A stretch of 64,000 bases of DNA from NCBI GenBank assembly GCA_964016885.1, contig OZ024743.1, forward strand, positions 294,066,001 to 294,130,000, given 5' to 3'. The notes under the pieces were generated by a model. That model saw only the letters and a program-made list of their open reading frames with translations, did no database searches and was not told where the DNA came from. Within the stretch, counting starts at the first letter, position 1; the number at the start of each line of letters is the position of its first letter. The position numbers and the translations under genes are program-made. Below are positions 1 to 14,385 of this stretch, in pieces. The stretch is from Eledone cirrhosa. Taxonomy: Eukaryota.

Positions 1-832
1 TTCCTTCCTTATCCTTTCCCTCATTGTCGAGTGCTTGATTCCGTCTCCTTCACAAACACCTAGATATTTGTAAGTTTGTTCTTGATCAAGCTCTCTTATC
101 ACGTTCCCCCGATCAAGATTAATGTCTGAACTCTTCAGCAGCTTTCCTCTGGTGAACGTTGCTTTGGCGCATTTATCCAGTCCAAACTCCATTTTAATGT
201 CATCACTGAACTGCTTCACAGTGGATAATAGCCCTTGCAATTGTTCATCATTTTTTGCGAATAGTTTCAGGTCATCCATGTAGAACAGGTGATTAATGGT
301 TTTGTCATAGACTCTATATCCATGTTTTGTTTCATTGAGCATTTTACTTAATGGTATAAGTGCGATGCAGAATAAAAGCGGTGATAAAGAGTCACCCTGA
401 AAAATTCCACAATTAATGTTAACTTCTCCAGCTTCCAGTGATTTTGTTTCACTATTCAAAAGGAGTGTCGTTCTCCATGTCCTCATACTGAATGACAAAA
501 ACCTCCTGACAACGGGGGATATTTTGAAAATCTCTAAACATTTTTCAATCCAACTGTGTGGCAAACTATCAAATGCTTTTTTATAATCTATCCAAGCAAT
601 CGATAGATTTTTGTGTCTATTATGACAATCTTCCAGTATCATTTTGTTAACCAGAAGCTGATCTTTACAGCCATATGAGCCTCGTTTACACCCTTTCTGC
701 TCAATGGGAAATAGGTCATTTGTTATCAGGTGGTCATATGTGTATTCAGTTAGGACTGATGTTAAAATTTTATACATTGTGGTCAAGCAGGTTATCGGTC
801 TGTAATTTTTGGGATTGTTTGTCTCATCATTC
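1..832 (-). mobile_element. RT-domain fragment of an R4/Dong-like non-LTR retrotransposon (family 2); runs off the window edge
   Basis: Minus-strand translation gives YRPITC, EQKGC, AWIDYKKAFDS, GIFQGDSLSPLLF and HLFYMDDLKLF. 286-832 is near-identical to 24050-24595. Confidence 0.88.
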
Positions 833-1840
833 TTTCTCTCTCTCTTTTTTCTGGGTTAGAAAATGATTAAAACGAAATGTTTTACTTAGTGTGAAGTGTT
901 AAGGTATTATTTGATTTATTTATTATTTAACAATGGCATTTATTTATCTATTTATATATTTAATAATTGTCTATTACCGGTTTCAGCATTTTTATGCATT
1001 ATCAAATGATAGTGAAATGTATTAGTGTGGTGTCGCACATGTTAAAGAGAAGGTGCAGAAAGAATAATGTTATTTACAAACAAGGTTTATGAAGTAAAAA
1101 GAAAAAAGAAAAAAGAAAAAAGAAAAAAGAAAAAAGAAAAAAGAAAAAAGAAAAAAGAAAAAAGAAAAAAGAAAAAGAAAAAGAAAAAAGAAAAAAGAAA
1201 AAAGAAAAAAGAAAAAAGAAAAAAGAAAAAAAGAAAAAAAGAAAAAGAACGGGCGTAATGTAGAGCATAAAAAGTCAATGTGAAAGAAAAAATAATGTTA
1301 TTTAGAGTCATAGTTCTTGAAGTTAAGCAGATCAAAATGTCTTAATATAGCAAGAGTGCTTAGTTGATCCATGATTCCATGATGGATTCAAATGGTGGAC
1401 TGAGGTTTGATATGATTTCCCTTTTTAGAGAGTTAATATGAAGAGGGAAGCAATTCTTGCTGGATGATATTTAATTTATTTAAGAAAAAGGATTTAGATA
1501 AATTTATTTGAGAAAAAGGATTTTATGCTCTTCATTACGCCCGTTCTTTTTTTCTTCTTTTTTCTTTTTTTCTTTTCACTTCATAAACCTTGTTTGTAAA
1601 TAGCATTATTCTTTCTGCACCTTCTCTTTAACATGTGTGACACCACACTAATACATTTCACTATCATTTGATAACGTATAAAAATGCTGAAACCGGTAAT
1701 AGACAATTTTTAAATATATAAATAGATAAATAAATGCCATTGTTAAATAATAAATAAATCAACTAATACCTTAACCCTTCACACAAATTAAAACATATCG
1801 TTTTAATCATTTTCTAATCCAGAAAAGAGAGAGAGAGAAA
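830..1840. repeat. Inverted duplication of a Penelope pseudo-LTR-like sequence, with an (AAAAAG)n tract in one arm
   Basis: ~830-1270 is the reverse complement of ~1520-1840. A third partial copy lies at ~51003-51220. It contains the degenerate hammerhead-like string TTGATAA..GAAACCGGTA. Confidence 0.6.
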
Positions 1841-1894
1841 TAAAAAAGGAAAAAAATATATCTTTCTTTCTAATAATCGTCTCTTTCTCCCTGT

Positions 1895-1954
<60 letters not shown>

Positions 1955-2879
1955 TAAGAATAAAGGAACAAAGAGTCAGTGTTGCATCATAGCATATTTA
2001 ATAACTTATTACATATGTTTCACTGCCGAACAGCTCGAGGAACGATCTAATATATACTCTGCTCTGCACAAGCATCGAGTGCTCACCCGGCATACCACCA
2101 ACGGACGCAATTATCTTGCATCTATATATATATTTATATCTATATATATATATTTAAAATTTAAGCGAGAAAAATCTCTATTTATAGGAGTACAAACCAG
2201 ATAGACAAAAACAATATTTTATCTAAACTCGCTTATATAAAGATTTCCCTATGTTAAGTATTAGAGACTAATTAACATATAATTAATAATAAACTACTCC
2301 TTTGTATAGTTGTACAAGGCGGTCTTTTGGCTGCTATTTTTAGTGGTATTATAAGCCTGTTGCCTAGTGATAATATATTAATAAATTTTTGATCACGATT
2401 TTTGATCAACTACACAACGAAGTTTTTATTGAGCATGCTGCCTCAGCAAATGAAACTATAAATACAATTTGTTGGTCTATATTCTCTTAGCTTTTGAAGT
2501 ATTTAAACTCTCTCGAAGAATATTAAGGATTCTTCAATTATTGTTGGTTCTAATAAGAATTCTTCCGCAAACGAGCCCATGGTAGGGAGATCTTTACATA
2601 AGATAGTTTAGAGAATTTTTTTTTAATATTTGTACTCGCATAAATAGATTTTTTTCTCACTTAAATTTAATATATAATATTACTTCTCTGAGTGATTCTA
2701 CTCATTGCAATGTTTAAGTATTAGAAACTAATTAACCTTCAGTATATATCCACACGCGCAATGCTGTTGTATATAATATGTGAGCAATTTTCCCTTAAGA
2801 CATTTCAACCGTTTTTCTAAGCATGATGTGATAATTGGAGTGCTTCTCGATTGGATCAACTAAAATATTTGAAATTAAT

Positions 2880-3617
2880 CCAGGTCAGCTAGTACTAATC
2901 AAGTCAGGAAAAAGGGAGTGAAAACGAGAAGAAATTCAACTAAGAAATTTACGGAGAACATTTGGTGCAGGGAACATTGCCAATTCAAGAAACAATTTTA
3001 CTGGCATTTGGTCAAAGAATTCGTACTGCACCCACTCGTTGAGTTTTCGAGTATTGCCGACATGTGGGTAAATGTAGTACACATACTGTCACGTGTAGGA
3101 CGGACCCAGTAATCAACTGAATCCATCGTTAAGATTACCACACAGCTTTTCTTTAGCCGTGAAGGGCAGGCAGTTTTTATTTTTCTGGTGCCCATGCCGA
3201 AAAAGAGTGGGTTGTGGACACGTCTGGAACGGTTGAAGACAAATACGTTTTTTTTTAGGTTTCATTTGAAGAGCAAAATCAGAGTGGTGAGTGAAGTGAT
3301 ATCTTCCAAGCAGTTCCTTGAAAGGTGGATGAGAATGGCGAACAATAGGCCTGTAGATTGGGGGAGGCAACTGGGTGGGGGAAATTACACTAGCGGTGAG
3401 TGTGCCAGTGGCCTTTTGTGGGATTTCATTACGAGTGACCCTCGGATGTCACCTTAAATTTGGGAATTTATTTGGTTTGAAATGTTCTAGATGTTTTATT
3501 GCCTTGTTTTCCTTAAAACGTTTTTACACGTTAACCCCACACAGAACTGTCCTGTGGCGTCCTTAAAATGTTCTTAATGTGAATCCCGGGTAGCTAATAA
3601 AGAAACCATTATTATTT
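2880..3617 (+). mobile_element. 3' fragment of an L1/Tx1-like non-LTR retrotransposon
   Basis: Decayed C-terminal peptide FFRFHLKSKIRV..SSKQFLERW, then a 3' UTR ending AATAAAGAAACC(ATT)n. A related copy is at 40040-40401. The clade assignment is from recall of L1/Tx1 C-termini. Confidence 0.5.
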
Positions 3618-3817
3618 TTTGAGGGCTATCAATTTGCCGAATCGTTAGGGCGCCGGACAACATGCTTTGTGGTATATAGTTACGGCCCTTTATGTTCTGC
3701 GTTCAAATCCCGATAATCAAATAAAATACTAGTGACGCACTGGGGTTGGTTTAATTTACTTTTTCCGCACCCACATTGTTTGCTTTGTGCCTAAATCAGG
3801 AACCATTATTTTTATTG

Positions 3818-3818
3818 A

Positions 3819-3916
<98 letters not shown>
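3818..3916. repeat. (TAG)n/(CAG)n microsatellite
   Basis: Read directly from the sequence. Confidence 0.95.
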
Positions 3917-4408
3917 TAAAGGAATGCGAGTAGGCAGAAAAAAACAAATCGAATATATACAACAAGTGAGAGGAGAGGCAAATATATAAATAAAACATTT
4001 AGTTGCTCCTGTAAACCGCATGTTCCTTCCTCTTACATAAATATTCATAGGTTATATTCTACTTTGTAAGTTGCCTTTTTTTTCCACGGTTGATGAATCA
4101 AATAAATACTTGAAGATGTATATGTATAAATATCTTTATTTAAGGAAGTCTTTCAATGAAATAGGGGAGGATTAAACGGAACGTCTTGGGAGAATTGAAG
4201 TAAATGTATCACCTCTATAGACATACATATATATATTTAGGAGTGTACATACATATACATACCTATACATATATACGTACATATATGTACACTCAGTTTT
4301 TGCATATATGCGTATGTAAGTTTATATATGCATATGTATGTATCTATGTATAAATATATATATATTTATAGGGTCATATTTGTGTAATAGGGGAGGGTCA
4401 TATTTGTG

Positions 4409-4442
<34 letters not shown>

Positions 4443-5889
4443 TCCAACTCGTGTGCTCCTTCTCCGCATTTTATAATTATATATATATATATATATATAC
4501 TAGACCTAAAAAATGCGCAAGCTCAAAAGAGCCATAGAATGTTATAATAAATCTTCAAAAGTGTGGGACTAGAGTTGTTGCTCAAAAATATTGTAATCAT
4601 TATCAATCGTAGCATCCTTTGTGGCATCCTTTTATAAAAAAGAGACTCATAACGAACTCAAGACGACACGATAATTATTTAAGTGAATTTATAATATAGA
4701 ATTCGGTTTAAGTGCATTTCGTATTAATCATTACTAAACATCTAATATGAAATATTGAACATTAGCTTAAACCAACCATGCCTTTCTTTTTACACTATTG
4801 CCCTTAGTTCATTCTTAGAGTGAAACATATAAAAATATGATTTACAACTATAAAATAAATTAATTATTATAATAACAGGGAGTTGGAGCCAGTCAATTTT
4901 TGGCCGACTCCGCAGCCCTGTATAATACATTTCATATTAAATTTATTAATAAACTAATTTTACACTGTATGCAAATTACCATGAGATCGTGATATTAGAT
5001 ATAAGATACAGCCGAATATCTAGATCTGTAAAAGTACGAAAGCGAAGTAATGATAAGTGGCTTAAGTTAATTCCAATATGAAAGTTTGCAGTGATAACAA
5101 TTTGATGACACAATACGATTGTTAATGTTATAGTTCGATGAAAATGTAACAATATATAATTAAATTATTTTAATATTAGTATATTTATAAAATTATCATC
5201 ATAGATTTGATCGTTCATATAAGCATCATATTCATTTTCAACACAATTATTTTGTTACTATGAGTATATGATAATAATATTACGTAATTATTTATAGCTG
5301 TTATTACATTAAACATAGATGTATTTATTGTGATATTTTTATAAAGGATGCCACAGAATGTACGATAGATAATGATTACAAAATTTTTGAGCAACAACTC
5401 TAGTCCCACTCTTTTGAAGGTATATTTATAACATTCTGTGGGTCTTTTGAGCTTGCGCATTTTCAGGTCTAGTTTAATATTTTTTAAGGCAACGCTTGTT
5501 AACTCTAGTTAAACATGATATATAAAATATATTAATAATAAATTATCGTTGTAATGTAATTAGATTATATAAATGTTATTATAAATGATCTTATGAATAT
5601 TATTGTAAGATGTATAAAAATATTTTCAGACTTTTAATATAAACAACTACAAAAAACAATCAATATTAAATAAATATATTTTACATAATAATTGTTATAG
5701 TTGAATTAATAAAAATTAAATGTTACATACAAATAGTCTAAGATAATAATAAAAAAAAAAAATCTAACATAATAATAATAAAATAATCTAACATAAAACG
5801 AACACGGAATATGGACAAATGTACAAGTAAATATGATACAACCAATATTATAAGCATGTTATATAAAGAAATGTTCTGATTTAATATAT

Positions 5890-6256
5890 AATTGTTTCTA
5901 CTCTTGGACAAGGTCAGCAATTATCCCAGTACATTACTGGTACTTTATTTTATCGACCCCGTAAGGATGAAAGGCAAAGTTAACCTCGGCGGGATTTGAA
6001 CTCAGAATGGCAAGGGCCTTAACTCTATACGTCAAACCATGGCGTCCGACCCACTAATTTAATATATAATTGTTTCTACTTTAGGCACAAGCCAGCAATT
6101 ACCCAGTGTATTACTGGTACTTTATTTTCTCGACCCCGTAAGGATGAAAGGCAAAGTAAACCTCGGCGGGATTTGAACTCAGACCGTAAAGAGACGTAAC
6201 TATGCTGGAAAGCATGGTGTCCGACTCTGTACCGATACTGCCACTCCACCGCCCTC
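5890..6256 (-). mobile_element. Two tandem tRNA-derived SINE copies (SINE family A)
   Basis: Both are reverse complements of the 53942-54130 copy, with B-box GAGTTCAAATC and core GCCTTTCATCCTTACGGGGTCGATAAA. Confidence 0.85.
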
Positions 6257-6941
6257 AATCCACCGCACTAATTTAATATATAATAGTTAATAATTACTTT
6301 TATAAAACCATATTGACAAATAGACAAGTAACTATTAACTATATCATGAATACAAAAGTAAATAAATATGATACAATCAATATTAGAACATGAATTATAA
6401 AGATATGTTGTAAATCAAAAAAGTTTATAATTTATTTAAATATATTTAAAAAATATAATATTAAAATAAAAAATTAAAAAGAAAGCATAAAATAGAAAAA
6501 AATTATATTTGACACAAAATTGCTAGCCATATCCGCACAATGTGCAGATATATAATCTTAGTCGGCCATATTAATCCAAAGTGACAGGATTACGGAAAGA
6601 TACTGAACAGCAGCTAGTATAGTTCAGTGACAAAATGGTCACAAGAATCTGGTCGAGTGACATGCCTTTCCAATATTATAGAAAAAATGGCCATAGTAGC
6701 TGCAAACCAATTTCACAATTTCCCGAGGCTCAAAAAACGGCACTCACTCACCATTAAGATAATATACCTCAATGGCGGGACCGGATTCATATTATTCCAA
6801 TAAATTCAGAAATGCCCTAAAGCAATTCAAATAAAGCCATAGTTAGAGATAACAAGACATCTCTCAACCTCTGTCACTTTTTTTTTAGGATCAAGCAAAT
6901 CTTTCAAAAATTGCTTGTTGCTATACATCGGCCGTGAAAAT

Positions 6942-7872
6942 TCAATTCAACTTTTCGAAAACCAACAGGTAGTTGTTAAGCAGTTTAGACGGGAAAGCTA
7001 TATAATGCTTGGAAAAGACGGGATCGTTAATAATGTCCCATCTGTCCTGGTTGCGGACGATGCTGGTGTAGTGCCCGGAGTCTGCACTAGGCAGTGAATG
7101 CAAGACGGAGCCGATCAGTCTGAATTTCTTGCCATAAATGCTCTCCTTGTTCGGAGAGAAGTTCAGCAACTCCGAATCAATTCTTACCATCTGATTGTTT
7201 GTAGATTCGAATCTATTCAAATAAACAACCAGGTAACGCACTGTGTTTGGAAATACATGTACCTATGTGCTCGGTGTCAATGTCTCACAGATCGCATTTC
7301 TTAATGATCGAAACATCAGTTTTGAGCAAACTTTTGAACTGCTGCCGACCATTAACAGGATGCGACGTCAGTTCAAACTTGACATCAGTTGTATTTGTGC
7401 AAGTGCCACAGCCATTGGTCGACGTACAGGAACATTCATTATTGTGCAATCTGGGGCAATTGGCCTCGTGTTTTCTAGTGCACCTGAGCAAAGTATTTTC
7501 CTCAAAGGTGAACAGTTGTTTAATATTTTCAGGCAACAACTCATAAATGCGCTTCCAAAAATCGTGCGCACACTGTTGGGTTCCATCGTTAAACCTGCCG
7601 CCGATGATTTTTCTCAAATTTGCTACCGACTTAGTTCCAGATGACGATATAATGTCGCTAATTTCACGAATAGCAACATCATCAGTGGACTGAATGTGTT
7701 CAACCAACAACAGCAGCTGGCATATAACTTGCATGGTGTTGTTTACAAAGCAAGCATTTCTCTCATTGATCAGCGAGATGTACAGTTTTGCAACCGTTTT
7801 GTCAGTTCTGGCCTTTTTCGAATTCGCCAAGTTGACCATTTCACTGTCAATATTAATAGCAAATTTATTCAT
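6942..7872 (-). pseudogene. USP/peptidase C19-like ubiquitin-specific cysteine protease domain at the RepHel C-terminus
   Basis: Cys box SLINERNACFVNNTMQVI, QQD-like box FNDGTQQCAHDF, a Cys-rich finger, and His box FRLIGSVLH..SGHYTSIVR...WDIIND. One stop and one frameshift lie near 7241-7287. Confidence 0.8.
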
Positions 7873-7890
7873 TTTAGTTGCTTTTTTGCC

Positions 7891-9305
7891 CTATCCAATA
7901 CTGTTAGGCGCCACGTTACACAATAGAAGCGGTTCCATATTAATGCTCTCTCTCAAATAGTTGTATTCTCTCCAAGCACTGGAATCGCACACGATCAAAC
8001 TCGTTGGATCAAGATCAATCCAGTAAACATTGCACAGTTTGCGGGCTCTAGACAAGGCCACATAGGCCATACCGTCTGCGAAAACGCCAGTGCCCAAATC
8101 AACGACTCCGTCGACGCTTATTCCCTGCGACTTGTGGATAGAAATTGCATATGCAATGAACATGGGATATTGGTCTCTAGTGATAAAAACACCAGGAGAC
8201 AATTCGTAAACGGCTTTGACAGGTTTGATGGTAACGATTTGGTTTGTACTCTCAAAGAGAACGTCAATGGAAGTAATTTTTCCAAACTCATAATTGAGTT
8301 GCTTTACAGTTCCTATTGCACCGTTGCACAAGCCTTTTCCAACGTCCATGTTGCGTTTAAGCATAACTCGAGCATTATCGCCAACTTTAAGAACAGTTTC
8401 AAGGCCAGCACTATCAGAAGTCTTTTTAGCTTTGGTTGTCAACTTTTTACTTTTAGTTTTCTTTTGACCTTTAATTTGCCTCACATTCGAATCGATAGCA
8501 GTAAGTTCGACAGTATTAATGCCAAGTTTATCGAGGATTAGAACGTTAAACTTTTCTACCGACTCGTTTAGAAGCATGTATGTATACATACGATACTCAA
8601 ATCAGAAGTCTGAGTCAGCTCGCACATTTTGTAAGCAGCCTGATCAATGGAAGCTTTGCCATTGAGATCAATTCTGTGCTCATTCAGAATTTGAATATCA
8701 GAGTCAAGCTGTGAACCCAATCTGATTCGGCTGAGCATGTCAACATAATTATCCGTGTCGTCTTTCTGACGCATGCTGACTGTCAACTCGTCGTACTTGA
8801 AGTACCTCCTCAAATGGTGGCTGCTGACGCCTATGCACGATATTTGTGCGTAACTTTGTGAGTAACTTTCTTAAACAGCGGCTTTTCTCTAACAGGCGGT
8901 AATTGAAGCAAATCTCCAAAAAACATGCGCCAGAAAGGAGAAATGCCTTGGTTAAAATCACAAAACAATTGGCACAATCTCAAGTGAATGAATGCCAACT
9001 GCAAGTGTCTGACCATGCTAATCTCATCGATTATAATCGGTCGGACATACTGAGGCCCCATACTCAGCATTTTCAAAAAGTCCTTTGGTAGATCATCATA
9101 CACGGGAGTTTTACCGTGCTGCAATTTGAGCTTTAGCATCCGATGAACAGTCATGACTGTTGAGTTGGAAAGCGGCCAATCCCGTGGGTGCCGATATCAC
9201 TACGCCCGGGCCATTGTCATTTGGATACATGTACTGAATTCTATCAGCCAGTACATTTATCAAAACATTCTTGCCCGTGCCACCAACACCCGAAACAAAT
9301 TTCAA
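7891..9305 (-). pseudogene. PIF1-family SF1B helicase domain of the Helitron, fragmented
   Basis: SGVGGTGK (Walker A), SAPTGLAA, IIIDEISMV, GDLLQLPPV, LTVSMRQ, VMLKRN..GLCNGAIG, AYAISIHKSQG, AYVALSR. Confidence 0.93.
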
Positions 9306-9597
9306 GACTTGTGGACAATCATCGCAACTACATCACGGATAAGGTTTGTTGTTGTCCCAATAAATGTGTCTTGTTTGTCAATACCGGCAACGATATCGAC
9401 ATAAAGTTTTCTTTGCACTTCATTGAGTTGGCTTTCTTTATCTCTCAGTGCATCCTCAGCGACATCTCTAATGCAAGGCAAATCGTCATTAGCATCATCA
9501 ACTGCCAACGCCTCCATGTGATTACCGCAAGAATAGTCATCATTGTTATCAGCCTGAGGTTCGTTTGGAATATGTTTGCCTTGTTCCAGCTCATTCT

Positions 9598-12500
9598 CTA
9601 AACGTTTGCGCACATTCTGGAATCTGACCATTTCAGATAAATTGTTGCGCACTGTTCAAAACACTCTTTATAAGTCTGACAACCTCCCAGCAAGTCTTTT
9701 TCCTCGTCTTGCCAAGGTTTTAAGAACATGAGCAGGTTGTGGTGAGAGCGCTCACAAGTATCTGCAGTCAATCTAATGTTTGGCGACTTTACAATCCGCT
9801 CTTTAACAGATTTGAAATAGCCAAGATTGTTTCTCAACCTCAAGTCTTCATCAAAATTGCTAGTATCAATTCGTTTCACATGTTCGTATTTACTCGCAAT
9901 TTCATACAAACACATGTGCTCCATCGAATCGGGCCTGTTTGGATACCAATGTTCGACCATATTCTCATAATAAAAATCGGTGGAATACGGGTTCAATTTG
10001 TCCAGTTCATACTGAGGCCTGAACCTGTGGGATCGGTAACTAGGCAAATCGGCTCCAAGCCAAATTACGTTTTCAGAGCATCCATAGAAATGGGGGCCAA
10101 GCAATTTGTCCGCAGCATCATAGGCGCCTGTATCGCGCTTGCCCATCAGCTTAAGTCCGGCACTCTTGTATCTCGAGTAAATGGACTTGGACTTGTCAAT
10201 CTCAGCCCAAATGCCTTCAGTGTCAGTCTTTTCGGACTTTGTCTGATAACTAGTAACATATCGGTTTAGAATCATGCTATCTTCACCGATCTACTGAATA
10301 TCGACATTAGCTTTCCAGACATACAGAACAAGGGGATTGTAGTCATTGATGCACTCTTCCCCCTGTCGTCTGTCAAGCTTGTACAACTTTTTGACAGCTC
10401 TACCTTTGTGCCGAGATTTTATACTCTCGTTGACACTAAACAAATTGAAATTCCCGACGGGACGTGGAAATCCAAACGTGCATCGAATGTAGAAACGACT
10501 ACTTGAAAATATTTGCTTTTTGCAGGATCCACTACAGACATGTCGTTGAAAGCGCGACAACAAGTCTGACCAAACGGGACTTTCTACATTGGACGACATG
10601 CGACAAGTGATCATGGACTGTACAAACGTCTGAATAGAACTCTTATCGTCTCTTTCCATAATCGGACCATCTTTAATCCACAATTTCATGTGAACATGCG
10701 GAGCACCTCTCATTTGGTGTTCCAACCTCCAAAAAAATGCTCGACTATATCAAACGGAGAATTGGTATGTTTAACGACTTCTTTCATAAATGTGGTAAAC
10801 CGATGGTGAAAATGCTCTCTAACGGCCACAACGTCATCTGCGCACAACGCATTGCTGCGTTTTCTAGCAATGTCTGGTATGTCAGCGTTCAACGTTTCCA
10901 GAAACTCTCTCAGATCAGGCCAAACCTACTCTGCACAAGACACAATTAAGAACAAGTGGGCCGGGCCAAATTTCTCGTCCATAGCCATCAAGTCTGAACA
11001 TTTTCTAGACCAAAACTGATTGGAACCTCGAACATTAGCCATCATCATATTGAAATTGCCCTCAAGGTGCCTGTCATTTTCATCAAGCCGCCTTCTAAAC
11101 TCGCTTATGGTCATGCGGCTGTTTTTGGTGGTCTTCATTATGGCATATATACCGGTATCAATGCCTCTCTTGTCGGCTTTATCAAGACAAAACATGAGAT
11201 ATTTTATATCTAGCCGAAATCTAGAGTCGGTATGACTCAGTCTGTTTCTTATGAACATGTATGGCTTTACAGCGCCAAACGGTCTATTGTCCACGAAAAT
11301 GCCAAACTGACCAGTTGGATAAAGACAAGGAAAGCACAACAAATCAAGCGTTTTATCATTGTCTACAATCAAATCGCCTTCCACTCTTTTCATTTTGTAC
11401 AGGGCCAAGTCAGTGTCTGCAGGGAGACACGGATTCATCTCTTTAACCATGGTGCTCATAGGTAATGCCAGCGTTCGATTTAAGCAAAAGAGTATCGAAT
11501 TTGGCATCATTAACTCCCGAGCACTGTACAATGTTTTCAGTCTCCGTATCGGCGTATCAATTGATCTTAACATCGGCATACATTACGTTGTTAAACGCAA
11601 GCCGATCAAGCGCCTTCACTACTTTGCCTATGTCTACCATTGAACGCCAGATAACTTGTTTCCGCGAAGGCAAGCTATCAACGACTATTTTAAGCATTCG
11701 TCTTGAAACGCAGGCAACGTATCCATGGTGCAGTTAATAGTTCCGTCCATAGGCAAAGGCAAGTGAATCACAATTCCTTTAATAGCCGAAATGCATGCCG
11801 AAAGATTGCCTCTGAACGAGTATGGCACCAGTTTGATGATATTGACGAAACATTTGGCCCGTTGCACAAGTATACGCTCATACGTGTTGAGATCAGCAAG
11901 TTCTTTGGGAACTGCAGCAACGTCCAAGCCGTTTATCGGAGCCACTGAAGGCACTCCACTCTTTCGCAAATGTGTAGCGCATGTTGTGCAGATCATGCAA
12001 GGCAAAGAGTAGTTGGTAGTTATTGCATGCTTTGCAACGGCCGTTTTAAAATATTTGGAGTTCCAACTATCTCAAACTTTTAGCTCCTTTCTATATTTTC
12101 GCAGTTTGCACATATCACAATGTTGGATTTTATACTTTCTAATGTCAGATTCAAATCTTTGAACCTGCTTACTATATTTATCAATGACATCTGCATCAGT
12201 ATGTTCGACATCATTGAAAACGGTGCACATATCATTGAATTGAACCGCGATATCACGCTCAATGTTGGCAACGTCAGTCAAATTTTCAAAGTTTATCCAA
12301 TCGCCATCGAGAACGGCTTCACTGTACTTGTTGAGCCAAATAAATATGAACCGAACTTTGTAGATTTTTCTCAGCAATGTGCGCAACTTTGGCGAGTGAA
12401 CTGCTATCGATATCAAAAGGCCATGTTCACTGGGGCAGCCAGTTTGACCAATACAGTGCTGATAATCATCATGAGTAACATTGCAAGACTCATATTTCCC

Positions 12501-12959
12501 CATCAACTGCCTTATTTTAGCAACTGTCATATCGGGATTGAGTTTTGCCAGTTTATCGTGAATTCTTTGGCAAAAAGCTACACGAGCGGCTGAGTCATCT
12601 GGACAATTATCTAGTATGGAAGATCCGCAAGGTCTAACGAAACATTTAGACACATCATCATCATTCTGCTCGTCCGCATTAGCTATTTCATTCACAATGT
12701 CGTCCATCTCCTCATTATGGATAACGATTATTCGGACTTTCTCAGCGGACTGGTTTTTAAACTCGTCCATTGTCATGTATTCTGCGGGACTTTTATCAAA
12801 ATTAGCAAGCTCATTGGTGAAACTGTGGTAATGTTCATTTCCCCAATAGTGCAACAAACCGTTAGCATTGACCTTTTCAGTCAATGCGTGCACAGCTTTC
12901 ACCTTTATTTTTAGTTGAGAATAGAAAATTGCGCATGCCAACGGATCTGGAGAACACAC
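9598..12959 (-). pseudogene. Helitron Rep (HUH endonuclease) region with N-terminal Cys-rich/DUF6570-like domain, broken by stops and frameshifts
   Basis: CDMC..CxxC; NGLDVAAVPKELADLNTYERILVQ; LCFPCLYPTGQFG; NVRGSNQFW; FGPAHLFLIVSCAE; EHQMRGAPHVHMKLW (HUH); CTFGFP; INDYNP..WKANVDIQ; YVTSYQTK (catalytic tyrosines). Confidence 0.9.
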
Positions 12960-14339
12960 TCTGCACGTGAATATGTGCCTCCTTGCGAAGATTGGTATCG
13001 ATTATTGTCTTTTTATATGACTTAACAAATCTGTACACCAAGATCTGATGCTGCATCCGGTTGTCAAGCATTTTTTTAGTTTCCTTATTCGATGCAAAGA
13101 CCGCTTACGAAGAACATTTTTGTTTTTATAGTAAGCTTTCTGATAAGACTGTATATGATCTTTATTGACAATTCTATATTCCGCATCCGGTAAGCTGCTT
13201 TCGCGTCCAATTTAAGACGCCCGTCTGGCAGATTATTGGCACGAACAAGCTTGAGGGACCGCATGATTGTAAGAAGATGAACTGCGCGCAACATGAAGAC
13301 CCGATTCACAAGTCTGACATTGCTCCTTCACATCGGCACTGGGGACACCAAAATCGGTGACGAGTCCCGATTCACTTGCGGATACATCACTAACCTATAA
13401 ATAAATACTTATTAGTAGCTTAAATAAATACAAAATAAGAGGAAATAACATTGCTCATACTTATGTTCAGATATAAATACGCCAAGTTGCGATCGAATAT
13501 ATTGATAATATCAAAATTTTTCAGACGTGCGTGACACCTGTCGTTGACTATCATAGTAAAGTAAGTACATTAAATTAAAAATTGATATTTTTGCGCACAA
13601 ATTTCAAAAATATGAAATTTTACAATTACAAAGTTATTTTAGAACAACATTACAAAATTTTACAATTACAAAGTTATTTTTGAATCAAAATTACAAAGTT
13701 TACAATGATAATGTGACTGTCAGATCACTATAAATTATCAATTTATTATTGAATAAATTGGAGTGTTTTAAAATCTTTTACAAATAAAAATTAACAAACA
13801 TTTTGTAAACACGATAATTTAAAAAATATTTGTACAAACTTTTACAAACAAAATTTAAAAGAAATTATTTTTACAAATTTTTACAAACAAAGTTTTCAGA
13901 AAAATTATTTTTACAAATTTTTACAAACAAAGTGCAGTTTGTATTACAATCCGGACTCTGCCTAAATTCCATTGCACTATATAAAGAGGAACAAGATACA
14001 AAGATAGCCATGATACAGTGTTGTAAATTGTACCAAGATTTCTATACTGTACCAGTGTGTACTGTACTGTACAAAAGTATAGTACAGAAAGAAAAGAATT
14101 GTGCCTACAGTATAGGACAGAAAGAACAAATTGTACCTTGGTACAGAATAAATCCAAACGAACTGAAAGAAAATAGTTAACATAAATTAAAAAAATCATA
14201 TATAAATTAACAATATAACTTACCAAAACGAGGAAAATATTTGGATGATAAACGACGAAATACAGGAGGAAGATTCGAAAGCGAAACGATAAATAAACGT
14301 GCAAACAAAACGGCGGATGCTTCTGAGCAACAATTACTC

Positions 14340-14385
14340 TCGTTGGTTGATTAGCCAATAAGACGATGAAATTAGCCAATAAGAC
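14340..14385 (-). promoter_or_regulatory. Candidate Helitron internal promoter with two CCAAT boxes
   Basis: Direct repeat ATTAGCCAATAAGAC twice, ~150 bp inside the 5' end and upstream of a GTAAGT splice-donor-like site at ~14223 (minus). Confidence 0.35.
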
